A stretch of 40,418 bases of DNA from an uncultured Planctomycetia bacterium (lineage in GTDB: Bacteria; Omnitrophota; Gorgyraeia; 1-14-0-20-64-10). Position numbers and translations under genes: made by a program. The DNA lies in assembly GCA_964343105.1 (NCBI GenBank), contig CAYFHV010000002.1, positions 1-40,418 of the forward strand. The letters are read 5' to 3'. The notes beneath the pieces were generated by a model, which did not search any database, was not told where the DNA came from, and saw only the letters and a program-made list of their open reading frames with translations. Below, one piece after another: positions 1 to 9,245 of this stretch (position 1 is its first letter; every line of letters starts with the position of its first letter).

Positions 1-38
1 TGTCAAATGAATGTGAGGGATTTGGAGGGATGATCGGT

Positions 39-560
39 ATGGGAACTCTCAGTGGCAAGAGAGTCCTGATGGTGATCGCGTCCCAGCAGTTTCGGGATGA
101 GGAATACCTGAAGCCGCGGGCGATTCTGGAGGGGGTGGGGGCGAAGGTGACGGTGGCCTCCTCGAGTCTGAAGGAGGCGGTCGGCATGCTGGGATTGAAG
201 GTCAGGCCGGATCTCCTGGTCAAGGATGCGCGCGTCGAGGAATACGACGCGGTAGTCTTTGTCGGAGGAGCGGGGGCCACCGAATACTGGGACAACCCCG
301 CAGCGCACGAGCTGGCCCGCTCGGCCTTTTCCGCGGGGAAGCCCACCACCGCGATCTGCCTGGCCCCGATGACGCTGGCCAACGCCGGGCTCCTCAAGGG
401 CCGGAAGGCGACCATCTGGAAGGACGCAGTCGGGGATTTCAAGTCGAAGGGAGTCGTCTACACAGGCCGGGCGGTGGAGCGGGACGGCAAGCTGATCACC
501 GGCTCCGGCCCGGAGGCCGCCGAGGAATTCGGCCAGGCCCTCGTCGAAGCCCTGCAGTGA
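39..560 (+). CDS. DJ-1/PfpI family protein
   Basis: ORF 30..560. The translation has the DJ-1/PfpI layout ([15 protein letters not shown] nucleophile-elbow region, ITGSGPEAA). GGAGG at 24-28 lies 10 nt upstream of ATG 39, so 39 is preferred over ATG 30. Confidence 0.8.
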   Translation: MGTLSGKRVLMVIASQQFRDEEYLKPRAILEGVGAKVTVASSSLKEAVGMLGLKVRPDLLVKDARVEEYDAVVFVGGAGATEYWDNPAAHELARSAFSAGKPTTAICLAPMTLANAGLLKGRKATIWKDAVGDFKSKGVVYTGRAVERDGKLITGSGPEAAEEFGQALVEALQ

Positions 561-2032
561 TCCTGGCGATCGACCAGGGGACGACGGGGACCCGTGCCAT
601 CCTCTACAACCGGCATGGCCGGCCCACCGCAGAGGCCTATCAGGAGCTGACCCAGCACTTTCCCAGGCCGGGCTGGGTGGAGCACGATCCGGAGGAGATC
701 TGGAGCTCCACCCTGCGCGTCGTCCGCCAGGCGCTCGGCCGTGCGGGCCTGCGAGCTTCGCAGATCGCCGCCATCGGGATCACCAACCAGCGGGAGACCA
801 CGATCCTCTGGGACCGCAAGACCGGCCGGCCGGTCCACCGGGCCATCGTCTGGCAGGATCGGCGCACGGCGGAGATCTGCCGGGCGCTAAAGCGTCACGA
901 GCCGGAGGTGAGGCGCACCACCGGCCTGGTTCTCGATCCGTATTTCTCCGGGACGAAGCTCACCTGGCTGCTGAGGCACAGCCCGGGCATCCGGCGTGCG
1001 GCCCGCGCGGGCCGGCTCGCCTTCGGAACGCCGGATGCCTGGCTCCTCTGGAGGCTGACCGGCGGACGGGTCCATGCAACCGATTCCACCAACGCCTCCC
1101 GTACGCTCCTCATGAATCTCCGATCGTTCTCCTGGTCTCGCCCGATGCTCGATCTGCTCAGTATCCCTGCCTCCGTGCTGCCGGAGATCCATCCCTCCAG
1201 CCATCGGTTCGGGGTCACATCGCGGGTGGGGCCCCTCCCCGCGGGGATTCCGATCGCCGGCATCGCGGGGGATCAGCAGGCGGCGCTGTTCGGCCAGGGC
1301 TGCACGCGGCCGGGGCAGGCCAAGAACACCTACGGCACCGGCTGCTTTCTCCTCATGCAGACGGGCCGGCGCCTCATCCCGTCCCGGCACGGCCTCATCA
1401 CCACGGCGGCGTGCGATGCGAAAGGCCAGCCGTCGTACGCACTGGAGGGCTCGGTCTTCATTGCGGGAGCCGCTATTCAGTGGCTGCGGGATGGGCTCGG
1501 GATCCTGCGCTCCGCCTCGGAGTCGGAGGCGCTGGCCCGCTCGGTTCCGGACACGGGGGGTGTCCACCTGGTTCCTGCCTTTGTAGGGCTGGGGGCTCCC
1601 TACTGGAGGGCCGATGCGCGGGGCTTGATCTGCGGCTTGACGCGGGGGACACGGCGGGCGCACCTGGTGCGGGCTGCGCTGGAGGCGATCGCCTATCAGT
1701 CGCAGGAGCTGGTCCGCGCGATGGAACAGGACAGCCGCATCCGCTTGAGATCCCTTCGGGTGGACGGCGGGGCGGTGAGGAACAACTTCCTCATGCAGTT
1801 CCAGGCGGACCTCTCCGGCGTCGCGGTGATCCGGCCGAGGATCGTTGAGACAACGGCCTTGGGTGCGGCCCAGCTCGCCGGCCTTGCGGTGGGCTTCTGG
1901 GGAGCGAAGGATCTTGAACGGATGCGGGGAACGGATCGGATCTTCAGGCCCGCTTGGAGTCGCCGCCAGCGTGAGACAGCCATGCAAGGCTGGCATGGAG
2001 CCGTTCGCCGCGTCCTGCACGAGGCTCAGTGA
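557..2032 (+). CDS. glpK: glycerol kinase
   Basis: 491 aa. N-terminus [16 protein letters not shown], plus [22 protein letters not shown] and [18 protein letters not shown] are FGGY-kinase/GlpK signatures. GTG start overlaps the upstream stop (GTGA). Confidence 0.93.
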   Translation: MILAIDQGTTGTRAILYNRHGRPTAEAYQELTQHFPRPGWVEHDPEEIWSSTLRVVRQALGRAGLRASQIAAIGITNQRETTILWDRKTGRPVHRAIVWQDRRTAEICRALKRHEPEVRRTTGLVLDPYFSGTKLTWLLRHSPGIRRAARAGRLAFGTPDAWLLWRLTGGRVHATDSTNASRTLLMNLRSFSWSRPMLDLLSIPASVLPEIHPSSHRFGVTSRVGPLPAGIPIAGIAGDQQAALFGQGCTRPGQAKNTYGTGCFLLMQTGRRLIPSRHGLITTAACDAKGQPSYALEGSVFIAGAAIQWLRDGLGILRSASESEALARSVPDTGGVHLVPAFVGLGAPYWRADARGLICGLTRGTRRAHLVRAALEAIAYQSQELVRAMEQDSRIRLRSLRVDGGAVRNNFLMQFQADLSGVAVIRPRIVETTALGAAQLAGLAVGFWGAKDLERMRGTDRIFRPAWSRRQRETAMQGWHGAVRRVLHEAQ

Positions 2033-2048
2033 CCCGCGACGAGGCTGA

Positions 2049-3248
2049 GTGAACCGCGGTCCTTCTCAGCTGTCGGATAGGACCTTTGATCTGCTGATCA
2101 TCGGCGGCGGGATCGTCGGCGCCGGGATCGCCTGGGATGCTTCCTTGAGAGGGCTCTCCTGCGCGCTGGTTGAGCAGGGAGAATTCGCCAGCGGGACCTC
2201 CTCCAAAACAACGAAGCTGATTCACGGCGGGATCCGCTACCTGGAGCAGCTCGACTTCCGGCTGGTCCGGGAAGCGCTTCGAGAGCGCGGCATCCTCCTT
2301 TCCATTGCTCCGCAGCTTGTCAAGCCGCTTCCGTTCCTGATTCCGGTGCGCAGCGCCCGGCCGCGGCCGTGGCCGCTGGTCTGCCTGGGGGTCCTCCTCT
2401 ACGATCTCTTTGCCGGAAGGAAACGGATCGGCCGGTACCGTTTCCTCGGCGAGGAGGAGCTGCGGCAGCAGGAGCCGCGGCTGGTGGAGGCCGGCTACCG
2501 GAGGGCGGTGCTTTACACCGACGCCCAGATGGACGATGCCGGTCTGGTTCTGGCGGTCCTGAAGGCGGCGGAAGCCGCCGGGGCGGTGCTGTGTTCTCAG
2601 GCGAGGGTCACAGGGTTGCGCAGAGAGGGGGGTGTCGCTGCGGCGGAGGTGGAAGACCGTTTCACCCGCGGCCGAACCTGGGTTCGGGCCCGGCGGATCG
2701 TCAACGCCACCGGCCCCTGGGCCGATTCGGTCCGCCGCCTGTCCGATCCGGCTGCCCGCCCGCTGGTTCGGATGTCCAAGGGAATCCATCTGCTCTATCC
2801 CGATGTCGGCTTCAAGGAAGCGCTGGTGGTTTCTTCCGAGCGCGACGGCCGGATCCTTTTCCTGATTCCGTGGAAGGGGAGGACACTCATCGGGACGACC
2901 GACACCGATTATTCCGGTGATCCGGGGCAGGCGAAGGCGGAGCCGGAGGAGATCGCCTATCTGTTGGAGGCGGTGAACCGGGCCCTGCCCAGCCTTCGGT
3001 TCGAGGAGGGGAAGATCCTTTCCACGTTTGCCGGCGTGCGGCCGCTCATCGCCCAGGAGAAGAAGGACCCGTGGGCGGTTACCCGCTCACACCGGATCCA
3101 TGAGGACCCCGGGGGCCTGCTGACGGTCCTGGGCGGGAAATTCACCACCTTTCGCAAGATCGCCGAGGATGTGGTGGCCCGGGTGGCACCCGATTTCCCG
3201 GGCCGCCGGCTCGCCCCCTGCCGCACCGCTACGACACGGCTCAGTTAG
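2049..3248 (+). CDS. glpD: FAD-dependent glycerol-3-phosphate dehydrogenase/oxidase (short form, 399 aa)
   Basis: DLLIIGGGIVGAGIAWDASLRGL dinucleotide-binding motif, then GTSSKTTKLIHGGIRYLE typical of GlpD/GlpO. Sits directly after glpK. Confidence 0.8.
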   Translation: MNRGPSQLSDRTFDLLIIGGGIVGAGIAWDASLRGLSCALVEQGEFASGTSSKTTKLIHGGIRYLEQLDFRLVREALRERGILLSIAPQLVKPLPFLIPVRSARPRPWPLVCLGVLLYDLFAGRKRIGRYRFLGEEELRQQEPRLVEAGYRRAVLYTDAQMDDAGLVLAVLKAAEAAGAVLCSQARVTGLRREGGVAAAEVEDRFTRGRTWVRARRIVNATGPWADSVRRLSDPAARPLVRMSKGIHLLYPDVGFKEALVVSSERDGRILFLIPWKGRTLIGTTDTDYSGDPGQAKAEPEEIAYLLEAVNRALPSLRFEEGKILSTFAGVRPLIAQEKKDPWAVTRSHRIHEDPGGLLTVLGGKFTTFRKIAEDVVARVAPDFPGRRLAPCRTATTRLS

Positions 3249-4152
3249 GGGCGTTGAGCAAATCTCGCAGAGCGGGTTCCAGCTCGGGGTGCTTGAAGCG
3301 GAATCCGCTGAGCTTGAGACGCTTCGGCTCCACCCGCGTGGAGGCGAGGAGCGCCTCGTCCGCCAGCTCGCCGAAGGCGAGCCGGGCCGCGAAGGCCGGA
3401 ACGGGGAAGGCGGCAGGGCGATGAAGGACGCGGCCCAGGATGCGGGTGAACTCGCTGTTGGTCACCGGATTCGGGGAGACCACGTTGATTGGGCCCTGGA
3501 GGGCGGGCGTGTTCAGCGCGTGCTCCACGGCCTGGACGACATCCGCCAGAGAAACCCAGCTCATCCACTGCGTGCCGGGGCCGAGCCGGCCGCCCAGTCC
3601 CAATCGGAAAGGAGGGAGCATCATCTTGAGAGCCCCTCCCCTGGGGCTCAACACAACGCCGAACCGGAGGTTCACCACCCGGCATCCCTTCAGTAGCGCC
3701 GGCTCGCACGCCCGCTCCCACTCCTGAGCGACCTCCGCCAGGAATCCGGTTCCCGGTGGGCTTTCCTCCGTGAGGAGGGTGTCTCCCCGGTTCCCGTAGA
3801 TCCCGATGGCGGAGGCGCAGACCAGAAGCTGCGGAGGATGGTCCGTCCGGACGAGTGACTCGCAGAGAAAGCGGGTTCCCTTGACCCGGCTGTCCCGGAT
3901 GGAGGCCTTCTTTTCCGGCGTCCAGCGCCCGGCGGCGATCGGGTCGCCGGCCAGGTGAACCACGGCATCGAGCCCTTCCAGCGCCTTGAAATCCAGGATC
4001 CGGGCAACCGGGTTCCAGAGGAGTTCCGGCTCCGAGGAGAAATGCCGCGCCCGGACCAGCCGGCTGACGGCGGCCCCCTTGGCACGCAGATGGGAAACGA
4101 CCGCTGTCCCGATGAGCCCGCTGGATCCGCTGACCAGAAGATTCACGCCCAC
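3241..4152 (-). CDS. YfcH/TIGR01777-like NAD-dependent epimerase family protein (with DUF1731-like C-terminus)
   Basis: 303 aa. N-terminal LVSGSSGLIGTAV Rossmann motif and C-terminal FRFKHPELEPALRDLL, typical of the YfcH family. The stop overlaps the glpD stop region by 8 bp (convergent). Confidence 0.75.
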   Translation of the reverse strand: MGVNLLVSGSSGLIGTAVVSHLRAKGAAVSRLVRARHFSSEPELLWNPVARILDFKALEGLDAVVHLAGDPIAAGRWTPEKKASIRDSRVKGTRFLCESLVRTDHPPQLLVCASAIGIYGNRGDTLLTEESPPGTGFLAEVAQEWERACEPALLKGCRVVNLRFGVVLSPRGGALKMMLPPFRLGLGGRLGPGTQWMSWVSLADVVQAVEHALNTPALQGPINVVSPNPVTNSEFTRILGRVLHRPAAFPVPAFAARLAFGELADEALLASTRVEPKRLKLSGFRFKHPELEPALRDLLNAPN

Positions 4153-4171
4153 GATTCTAACAGAGGCGGAT

Positions 4172-4177
4172 TATAAT
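4172..4177 (+). promoter_or_regulatory. candidate -10 box (TATAAT) placed for a leaderless MFS transcript
   Basis: Perfect TATAAT at 4172-4177 with 6 nt before ATG 4184. No SD and no convincing -35. Confidence 0.3.
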
Positions 4178-4183
4178 GCCAAC

Positions 4184-5437
4184 ATGGGGACGCTTCATTT
4201 GGGGACAGTTCATCCCGAGAACCGTCCCTGGATGAAGCATTCGCGTCCTGCGACCCTTTCCTGGTGCCTCTACGATCTGGCCAACACGATCTTCGCGATC
4301 CACATGACCAGCTACCATTTTCCGGTTTGGCTCACCGCCGAGCGTGGGATGGCGGAGTTTCCCTTCGCGCTGGCCTTCGGCGGCTCCACCCTGGCGGCCG
4401 CCCTGCTGATGCCGGGGCTCGGGCGCCGGGCGGATCGGCGCGGAGGCGGGCGGGTGGCGGGGCTGGTCCTCTGGACGCTCGCCTGTGTCGCCTGGACCGG
4501 GTCGCTCAGCTTCGTGGACTCGGCGGTTGTCGCGCTGGGGATCTTCTGCCTGGCGAATTTCTCCTATCAGCTCGCCGGGATCTTCTACAACGCCCTTCTT
4601 CCGGCGGTGGCGCCGGCACAGGTCATGGGGCGGGTCTCCGGCTGGGGTGTGGCCCTCGGCTACGTCGGGACGCTCATCGGGATCACCGCGGTGGCCCCGG
4701 TGGTTGCGCGGTGGGGCAGGCAATCTGCCTTTCTGGCAACGGCGATCCTCTTCTTCGTCCTGGCGCTGCCCAGCTTCTTCATCCGGGAGGGGAGCCGGCC
4801 GAACGGGCCGGGGCCGCAGCCGGGCCGGCCGGGGCCGCAGCCGGACCGGCTGGCGCATCGAGAACAAGCAGAGGGCTCCGAGCGCTTGGTGCACCGTTTC
4901 CTGCGTGCCTCCTTCTGGGGTCTCTGCGCGGTGAGCGCGGTTCTGCTCTTCATGTCGGTCTACGCAAAGAAGGCGGTCGGGATGTCGGATGAGGAGCTTC
5001 ACTGGTTTCTCATCGTTTCCACTCTGTTTGCCATCGGAGGATCGCTGGGATGGGGCTGGCTCACGGAGCGCTGGGGCGGCTACGCCAGCTTGGGCTGGGT
5101 CTGGACGCTCTGGGCGGTCACGCTGACGCTGGCGCTGGTGAGTTTCCACCGCGCGGTTTTCTGGGTCGTGGGGGCCCTGGCGGGAACTGCGCTTGGGGGC
5201 ACCTGGGTGACCTCCCGGGTTCTGCTGGTGGAGTGGATGGGGCAGGCGAGGGCGGGGGAGGCCTTCGGCCGATTTGGATTGGTGAGCCGCCTGGCCGGCC
5301 TGGTGGGTCCGGCCGTTTGGGGGGCGGCGCTCTGGGCGGCTGCCCCTCTGGGGATGTGGCGGTATCGGCTGGCCGTCGGCGCGCTCCTGGTGTTTGTCCT
5401 GGTCGGTTGCGTCCTGTATCATAGGGTGAGAAGGTGA
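4184..5437 (+). CDS. MFS transporter (UMF1-like)
   Basis: The ORF track gives 3986..5437, but the first 66 codons are antisense to the epimerase gene. The SWCLYDLANTIF N-terminal motif and about 12 hydrophobic segments support an MFS. Start is ATG 4184, alternatively ATG 4232 (MKHSRPATLSW). Confidence 0.7.
   Translation: MGTLHLGTVHPENRPWMKHSRPATLSWCLYDLANTIFAIHMTSYHFPVWLTAERGMAEFPFALAFGGSTLAAALLMPGLGRRADRRGGGRVAGLVLWTLACVAWTGSLSFVDSAVVALGIFCLANFSYQLAGIFYNALLPAVAPAQVMGRVSGWGVALGYVGTLIGITAVAPVVARWGRQSAFLATAILFFVLALPSFFIREGSRPNGPGPQPGRPGPQPDRLAHREQAEGSERLVHRFLRASFWGLCAVSAVLLFMSVYAKKAVGMSDEELHWFLIVSTLFAIGGSLGWGWLTERWGGYASLGWVWTLWAVTLTLALVSFHRAVFWVVGALAGTALGGTWVTSRVLLVEWMGQARAGEAFGRFGLVSRLAGLVGPAVWGAALWAAAPLGMWRYRLAVGALLVFVLVGCVLYHRVRR
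4808..4844 (+). repeat. 21-nt-period tandem duplication inside the MFS central loop
   Basis: The 16-mer ccggggccgcagccgg occurs at 4808-4823 and again at 4829-4844, encoding GPGPQP-G-RPGPQP. Confidence 0.8.
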
Positions 5438-5449
5438 GGTGACAGAGAG

Positions 5450-6487
5450 ATGAAAGCGGTCTTCTTCCAGCAGCACGGCGGCGCGGAGGTGCTCCAGTAC
5501 GGAGAGCTCCCCACCCCCAACATGAGCGGCGGGGAGGCGATGATCCGGGTGGAGGCCTGCGCCCTGAATCACCTCGACCTCTGGGTGCGCCAGGGGCTGC
5601 CGGGGGTCCAGATCCCGATGCCGCACGTCAGCGGGTCAGAGATCGTCGGCCTGGTGGTCGGCAAAGGGCCGGGCGTCCGGGGGATCCGGGTGGGCCAGCG
5701 CGTTCTGGTAGCCCCCGGGATGAGCTGCGGGCGCTGCACGAGGTGCCGGATCGGCCGGGAATCCCTCTGCCCGGAGTTCAGGATCATCGGCCTTCAGACC
5801 AACGGCGGCTACGCCGAATACGCCAGCGTGCCGGGCAAGAACTGCATCCCCGTCTCCGACCGTTGGAAGCCGGAGGAGTGGGCCGCCGTCCCGCTCGTTT
5901 TCCTCACCGCCTGGCACATGCTCGTCACCCGCGCGGAGCTGAGGCCCAGGGAAAGGGTCCTGATCCACGGAGCGGGCTCCGGCGTTGGATCGGCGGCGAT
6001 CCAGGTCGCGAAGCTGAAGGGAGCCACGGTCTTTGCCACCGCCGGCTCCGACGAGAAGCTCAAGAAGGCCCGGGCCCTCGGCGCGGACCAGGTGTGGAAT
6101 TACAGCAGGGTCGACTTCGCCCAGGAGGTATTGAAGGCGACGAAGGGCAAGGGGGTGCATCTCGTCTTTGAGCACATCGGCCCCGACACCTGGGCAGGTT
6201 CCATCCGCTGTCTGCAGAAGGGAGGCCGGCTGGTCACGTGCGGGGCGACCTCGGGGCCGAAGGTGGAGCTGGATCTTCGCTTCTTCTTCACCAAGGAGCT
6301 CAGCGTCCTGGGATCCTACATGGGAAGCCGCCGAGAGCTGGACGAGGTGCTCCGTTGGGTGAACCGCGGTCGGCTCAAGCCAGTGGTGAGTGCCACCTTT
6401 CCGCTCAAAGAGGCGGCGAAGGCGCAGCAGGTCATGGAAAGCCGGAACTTTTTCGGCAAGCTCGTCCTGAAGATGGAGGGATCGTGA
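5450..6487 (+). CDS. zinc-type alcohol dehydrogenase / quinone oxidoreductase family (MDR) protein
   Basis: 345 aa. Has the GSEIVG motif region, a structural-Zn cysteine cluster (CGRCTRCRIGRESLC) and the GAGSGVGSAAIQVAK NAD(P)-binding motif. Confidence 0.8.
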   Translation: MKAVFFQQHGGAEVLQYGELPTPNMSGGEAMIRVEACALNHLDLWVRQGLPGVQIPMPHVSGSEIVGLVVGKGPGVRGIRVGQRVLVAPGMSCGRCTRCRIGRESLCPEFRIIGLQTNGGYAEYASVPGKNCIPVSDRWKPEEWAAVPLVFLTAWHMLVTRAELRPRERVLIHGAGSGVGSAAIQVAKLKGATVFATAGSDEKLKKARALGADQVWNYSRVDFAQEVLKATKGKGVHLVFEHIGPDTWAGSIRCLQKGGRLVTCGATSGPKVELDLRFFFTKELSVLGSYMGSRRELDEVLRWVNRGRLKPVVSATFPLKEAAKAQQVMESRNFFGKLVLKMEGS

Positions 6488-7287
6488 CCGCTGCCATCCG
6501 GAACATCATCGCCGTGGCGAGCGGCAAGGGCGGGGTCGGCAAGACCACCGTCGCCGTGAACTTGGCCGTGGCGCTGGCGAGGGAGGGGGCCAAGGTCGGC
6601 CTCATGGACGCCGACATCACCGGCCCCAATGTGCCGATCATGATCGGCGCGAGGACCCTTCCTCCCCTCAGCGAGGGCCGGCTGGTCCCGGCGGAGGCGT
6701 TCGGTGTGAAGGTGATCTCCATGGCCTTCCTGGTCAAGGAGGGGGACGCGGTGATCTGGCGCGGCCCGATGCTCCACCACGCCATCAACAAGTTCCTGAA
6801 GGAGGTGGAGTGGGGGGAGCTGGATTATCTCATCGTGGATTTGCCCCCCGGGACTTCCGACGCGCAGATCTCCCTTTCCCAGGCGGTGGCGCTCACCGGA
6901 GCGCTGGTGGTTACGACCCCGCAGGAGGTTTCCCTGCTGGACGTCCGCAAGGCGATCGCCATGTTTGAGAAGGTCAAGGTGCCGATCCTCGGCATCGTGG
7001 AGAACATGGCCGCCTTCGTCTGCCCGCACTGCGGTAAGGAGACCGAGATCTTCTCGCGGGGAGGCGGAGCGCGGGCGGCCTCGGAGCTGAAGATCCCCTT
7101 CCTGGGCGAGATTCCTCTCCTTCCCGAGGTCCGGGCCGGGTCGGACTCGGGCAAGCCGATTGTCATCTCCCATCCGGAGTCTCCGGCGGCTAGGGCCCTT
7201 TCGGAAATCGCCCGCAAGCTGACGGCGGAGATCCAGACCAGGGCAGCTCAGGCGCCTGCACAGGGAAAGAGCGCTTGGAGCGTTTAA
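6484..7287 (+). CDS. apbC: Mrp/NBP35 (ApbC) family Fe-S cluster carrier ATPase
   Basis: IAVASGKGGVGKTTVAVNLA deviant Walker A, DLPPGTSD, and the CPHCGKETEIF CxxC motif. GTG 6484 overlaps the upstream stop (GTGA). The longer ORF from 6238 is an out-of-frame overlap with the ADH gene. Confidence 0.88.
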   Translation: MTAAIRNIIAVASGKGGVGKTTVAVNLAVALAREGAKVGLMDADITGPNVPIMIGARTLPPLSEGRLVPAEAFGVKVISMAFLVKEGDAVIWRGPMLHHAINKFLKEVEWGELDYLIVDLPPGTSDAQISLSQAVALTGALVVTTPQEVSLLDVRKAIAMFEKVKVPILGIVENMAAFVCPHCGKETEIFSRGGGARAASELKIPFLGEIPLLPEVRAGSDSGKPIVISHPESPAARALSEIARKLTAEIQTRAAQAPAQGKSAWSV

Positions 7288-7535
7288 CCCTCAGGCCGGA
7301 TCATCTCCTCGACTGCTACGGCCTCCTCTGCCCGGTGCCGGTGCGCAAGACCGCGCAGGCGCTGAGTGTCCTGCAGGCCGGCCAGATCCTGGAGGTGATC
7401 GCCACCGACGAGTGGTTCGGTCCCGATCTGGAGGCCTGGCTGCGGTTTGAGCCCCACGCGCTGCTGGGCGTCGAGCAGCATGGCGAGGAGATCCATGCCT
7501 ATGTCAGAAAGGAAGATGTCCACACCGGCGATTGA
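7275..7535 (+). CDS. TusA/SirA-like sulfur-carrier family protein
   Basis: 86 aa. LDCYGLLCPVPVRKTAQAL matches the CPxP motif of the TusA family. Overlaps the Mrp gene end by 13 nt. Confidence 0.65.
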   Translation: MERLTLRPDHLLDCYGLLCPVPVRKTAQALSVLQAGQILEVIATDEWFGPDLEAWLRFEPHALLGVEQHGEEIHAYVRKEDVHTGD

Positions 7536-8361
7536 GGTATCGCATCTGGTCAAGCGGTTCGACGCGCCAGGAGGGGTAAGTGGTGCGGCCTCCGATAGCC
7601 GCAGCCACGGGCTGACCGCGGTTTCCGACCTGTCGTTCCAGGTCCAGCCCGGCGAGCTGTTCGGCTTCCTCGGCCCCAACGGCGCAGGCAAGACCACCAC
7701 CATCCACATCCTCTGCACCTTGCTTTCGCCCACCTCCGGTGAAGCGCGGGTAGCCGGCTGGGACTGCCAGCGCCAGGCCGTCCGGGTCCGGGAGCAGATC
7801 GGCATCATCTTCCAGGAGCCGAGTCTGGACGAGCGGCTGACCGCCTGCGAGAACCTGGAGTTTCACGGCATGATCTACCACATGCCGAGACCGCTCCGGC
7901 AGCAGCGGATTCGGGAGGTGCTGGAGTTTGTGGAGCTGTGGGACCGGCGCGATTCCATCGTCCGGACCTTTTCGGGCGGGATGAAGCGCCGGCTGGAGGT
8001 GGCGCGGGGTCTCATGCACCGGCCGAAGGTCCTGTTCCTGGATGAGCCGACATTGGGGCTGGATCCTCAGACGCGCCATCGGATCTGGCAGATGCTGGCC
8101 CATCTGCGGTCGAGGGACCGGATGACCCTCTTCCTCACCACCCACTCCATGGAGGTGGCGCAGGCGTGCGACCGGGTGGCGATCCTCGATCAGGGCCGGC
8201 TGATCGAGCTGGGGCGACCGCAGGAGCTGATCGCCCAGCGGCGCGCGCGCAATCTCGAGGAGGTCTTTCTTTCGCTGACCGGCCATGGCCTGCGGGATAA
8301 CGGTGCATCGGAGATCGAGGTGGGCCGCAGCAAGATCCGGAAGATGCGCAGCTGGGCCTGA
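7501..8361 (+). CDS. ABC transporter ATP-binding protein (ABC-2/DrrA-like)
   Basis: Walker A GPNGAGKTT, signature FSGGMKRRLEVA, Walker B VLFLDEPTLGLD. GAGGAG at 7485-7490 lies 10 nt upstream of ATG 7501. ATG 7495 and ATG 7516 are alternative starts. Confidence 0.85.
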   Translation: MSERKMSTPAIEVSHLVKRFDAPGGVSGAASDSRSHGLTAVSDLSFQVQPGELFGFLGPNGAGKTTTIHILCTLLSPTSGEARVAGWDCQRQAVRVREQIGIIFQEPSLDERLTACENLEFHGMIYHMPRPLRQQRIREVLEFVELWDRRDSIVRTFSGGMKRRLEVARGLMHRPKVLFLDEPTLGLDPQTRHRIWQMLAHLRSRDRMTLFLTTHSMEVAQACDRVAILDQGRLIELGRPQELIAQRRARNLEEVFLSLTGHGLRDNGASEIEVGRSKIRKMRSWA

Positions 8362-8367
8362 AGAGAG

Positions 8368-9156
8368 GTGACTGCGAGGAGGCTCAAAGCCGACGTGGCA
8401 ATCTCCTTCTTTGATTTTCAGGCGGTCGCGATGATCTGGAAGCGAGAGCTCCTGCGGCTCAGCCGTGACCGCACCCAGATCGGCGGATCCATCGCCCGCC
8501 CGATTCTATGGCTTTTTGTGCTGGGGCTCGGCATGGGTTCCGCCTTTCCCGGATTCGGCGGGGTCCGCTACGTCGAGTACCTCCTGCCGGGGATCGTGGC
8601 GATGAACCTCATCTTCTCGGCGTTCCTGTCGGCTATCTCCATCATCTGGGACAGGGAATTCGGCTTCCTCAAGGAGATGCTGGTGGCCCCGATTCCCCGC
8701 ACCTCGATCGCCCTGGGCAAATCGGCGAGTGGCGCCACCGTCTCCTGCCTCCAGGGTTGCATCGTGCTGGCGCTCGCACCGCTCCTGCCGGTCTCCTTCG
8801 AGCCCTGGCGGTTGCTCCTGATTGTTCCGGTCATGCTGCTCATCGCTTTTCCGCTGACGGCGCTGGGGCTCCTGATCGCCTCCCGGATGACCTCCTTTGA
8901 GGGGTTCGGGACCCTGGCCAACTTCGTCATCATGCCGATGTTCTTCCTAAGCGGGGCGGTCTTTCCCGTCGATTCCACTCCGCCTTTCTTCCGCCTCCTG
9001 GCGCAGATCAACCCCCTGACCTACGGGGTGGATCTCCTGCGGGCCGGCTTTTATGGCGTCTCCGACCATGCCCCGGCAGTCAGCTTGAGCATCCTGGCGG
9101 CCTTCTCCGGACTGGCGCTGGCGGGAGCGGTCCGCGCCTTCCGCCGCCTGGCCTAG
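8368..9156 (+). CDS. ABC-2 type transporter permease
   Basis: 262 aa with about 6 hydrophobic helices. Follows the ATPase by 6 nt. GTG start, with ATG 8431 as an alternative. Confidence 0.8.
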   Translation: MTARRLKADVAISFFDFQAVAMIWKRELLRLSRDRTQIGGSIARPILWLFVLGLGMGSAFPGFGGVRYVEYLLPGIVAMNLIFSAFLSAISIIWDREFGFLKEMLVAPIPRTSIALGKSASGATVSCLQGCIVLALAPLLPVSFEPWRLLLIVPVMLLIAFPLTALGLLIASRMTSFEGFGTLANFVIMPMFFLSGAVFPVDSTPPFFRLLAQINPLTYGVDLLRAGFYGVSDHAPAVSLSILAAFSGLALAGAVRAFRRLA

Positions 9157-9245
9157 GGTCATGAGTAGGCGCTGATCTCCTCGTGGCAGCACTGCTCTAG
9201 GCGTTTTCCTTTCACGCGCGGTGCGAATCCAGTAGAATAAGACTG

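Noticed and set aside
3986-4183. N-terminal extensions given by the ORF track for the MFS gene (3986), mrp (6238), nuoBCD (9821), nuoA (12892), grpE (36282), dnaK (37294) and the DUF433 gene (28871).
   Set aside because: The extensions overlap the preceding gene in another frame or strand. They lack similarity to the expected protein N-termini, and better starts with SDs or stop-overlap coupling exist downstream.
9210-9238. A possible promoter TTTCAC-N17-TAGAAT just upstream of the peroxiredoxin-fusion GTG (9246).
   Set aside because: The -10 ends only 7 nt before a GTG start. That would require a leaderless GTG-initiated mRNA, which is unusual, and the hexamers are weak. It is not reported as a feature.
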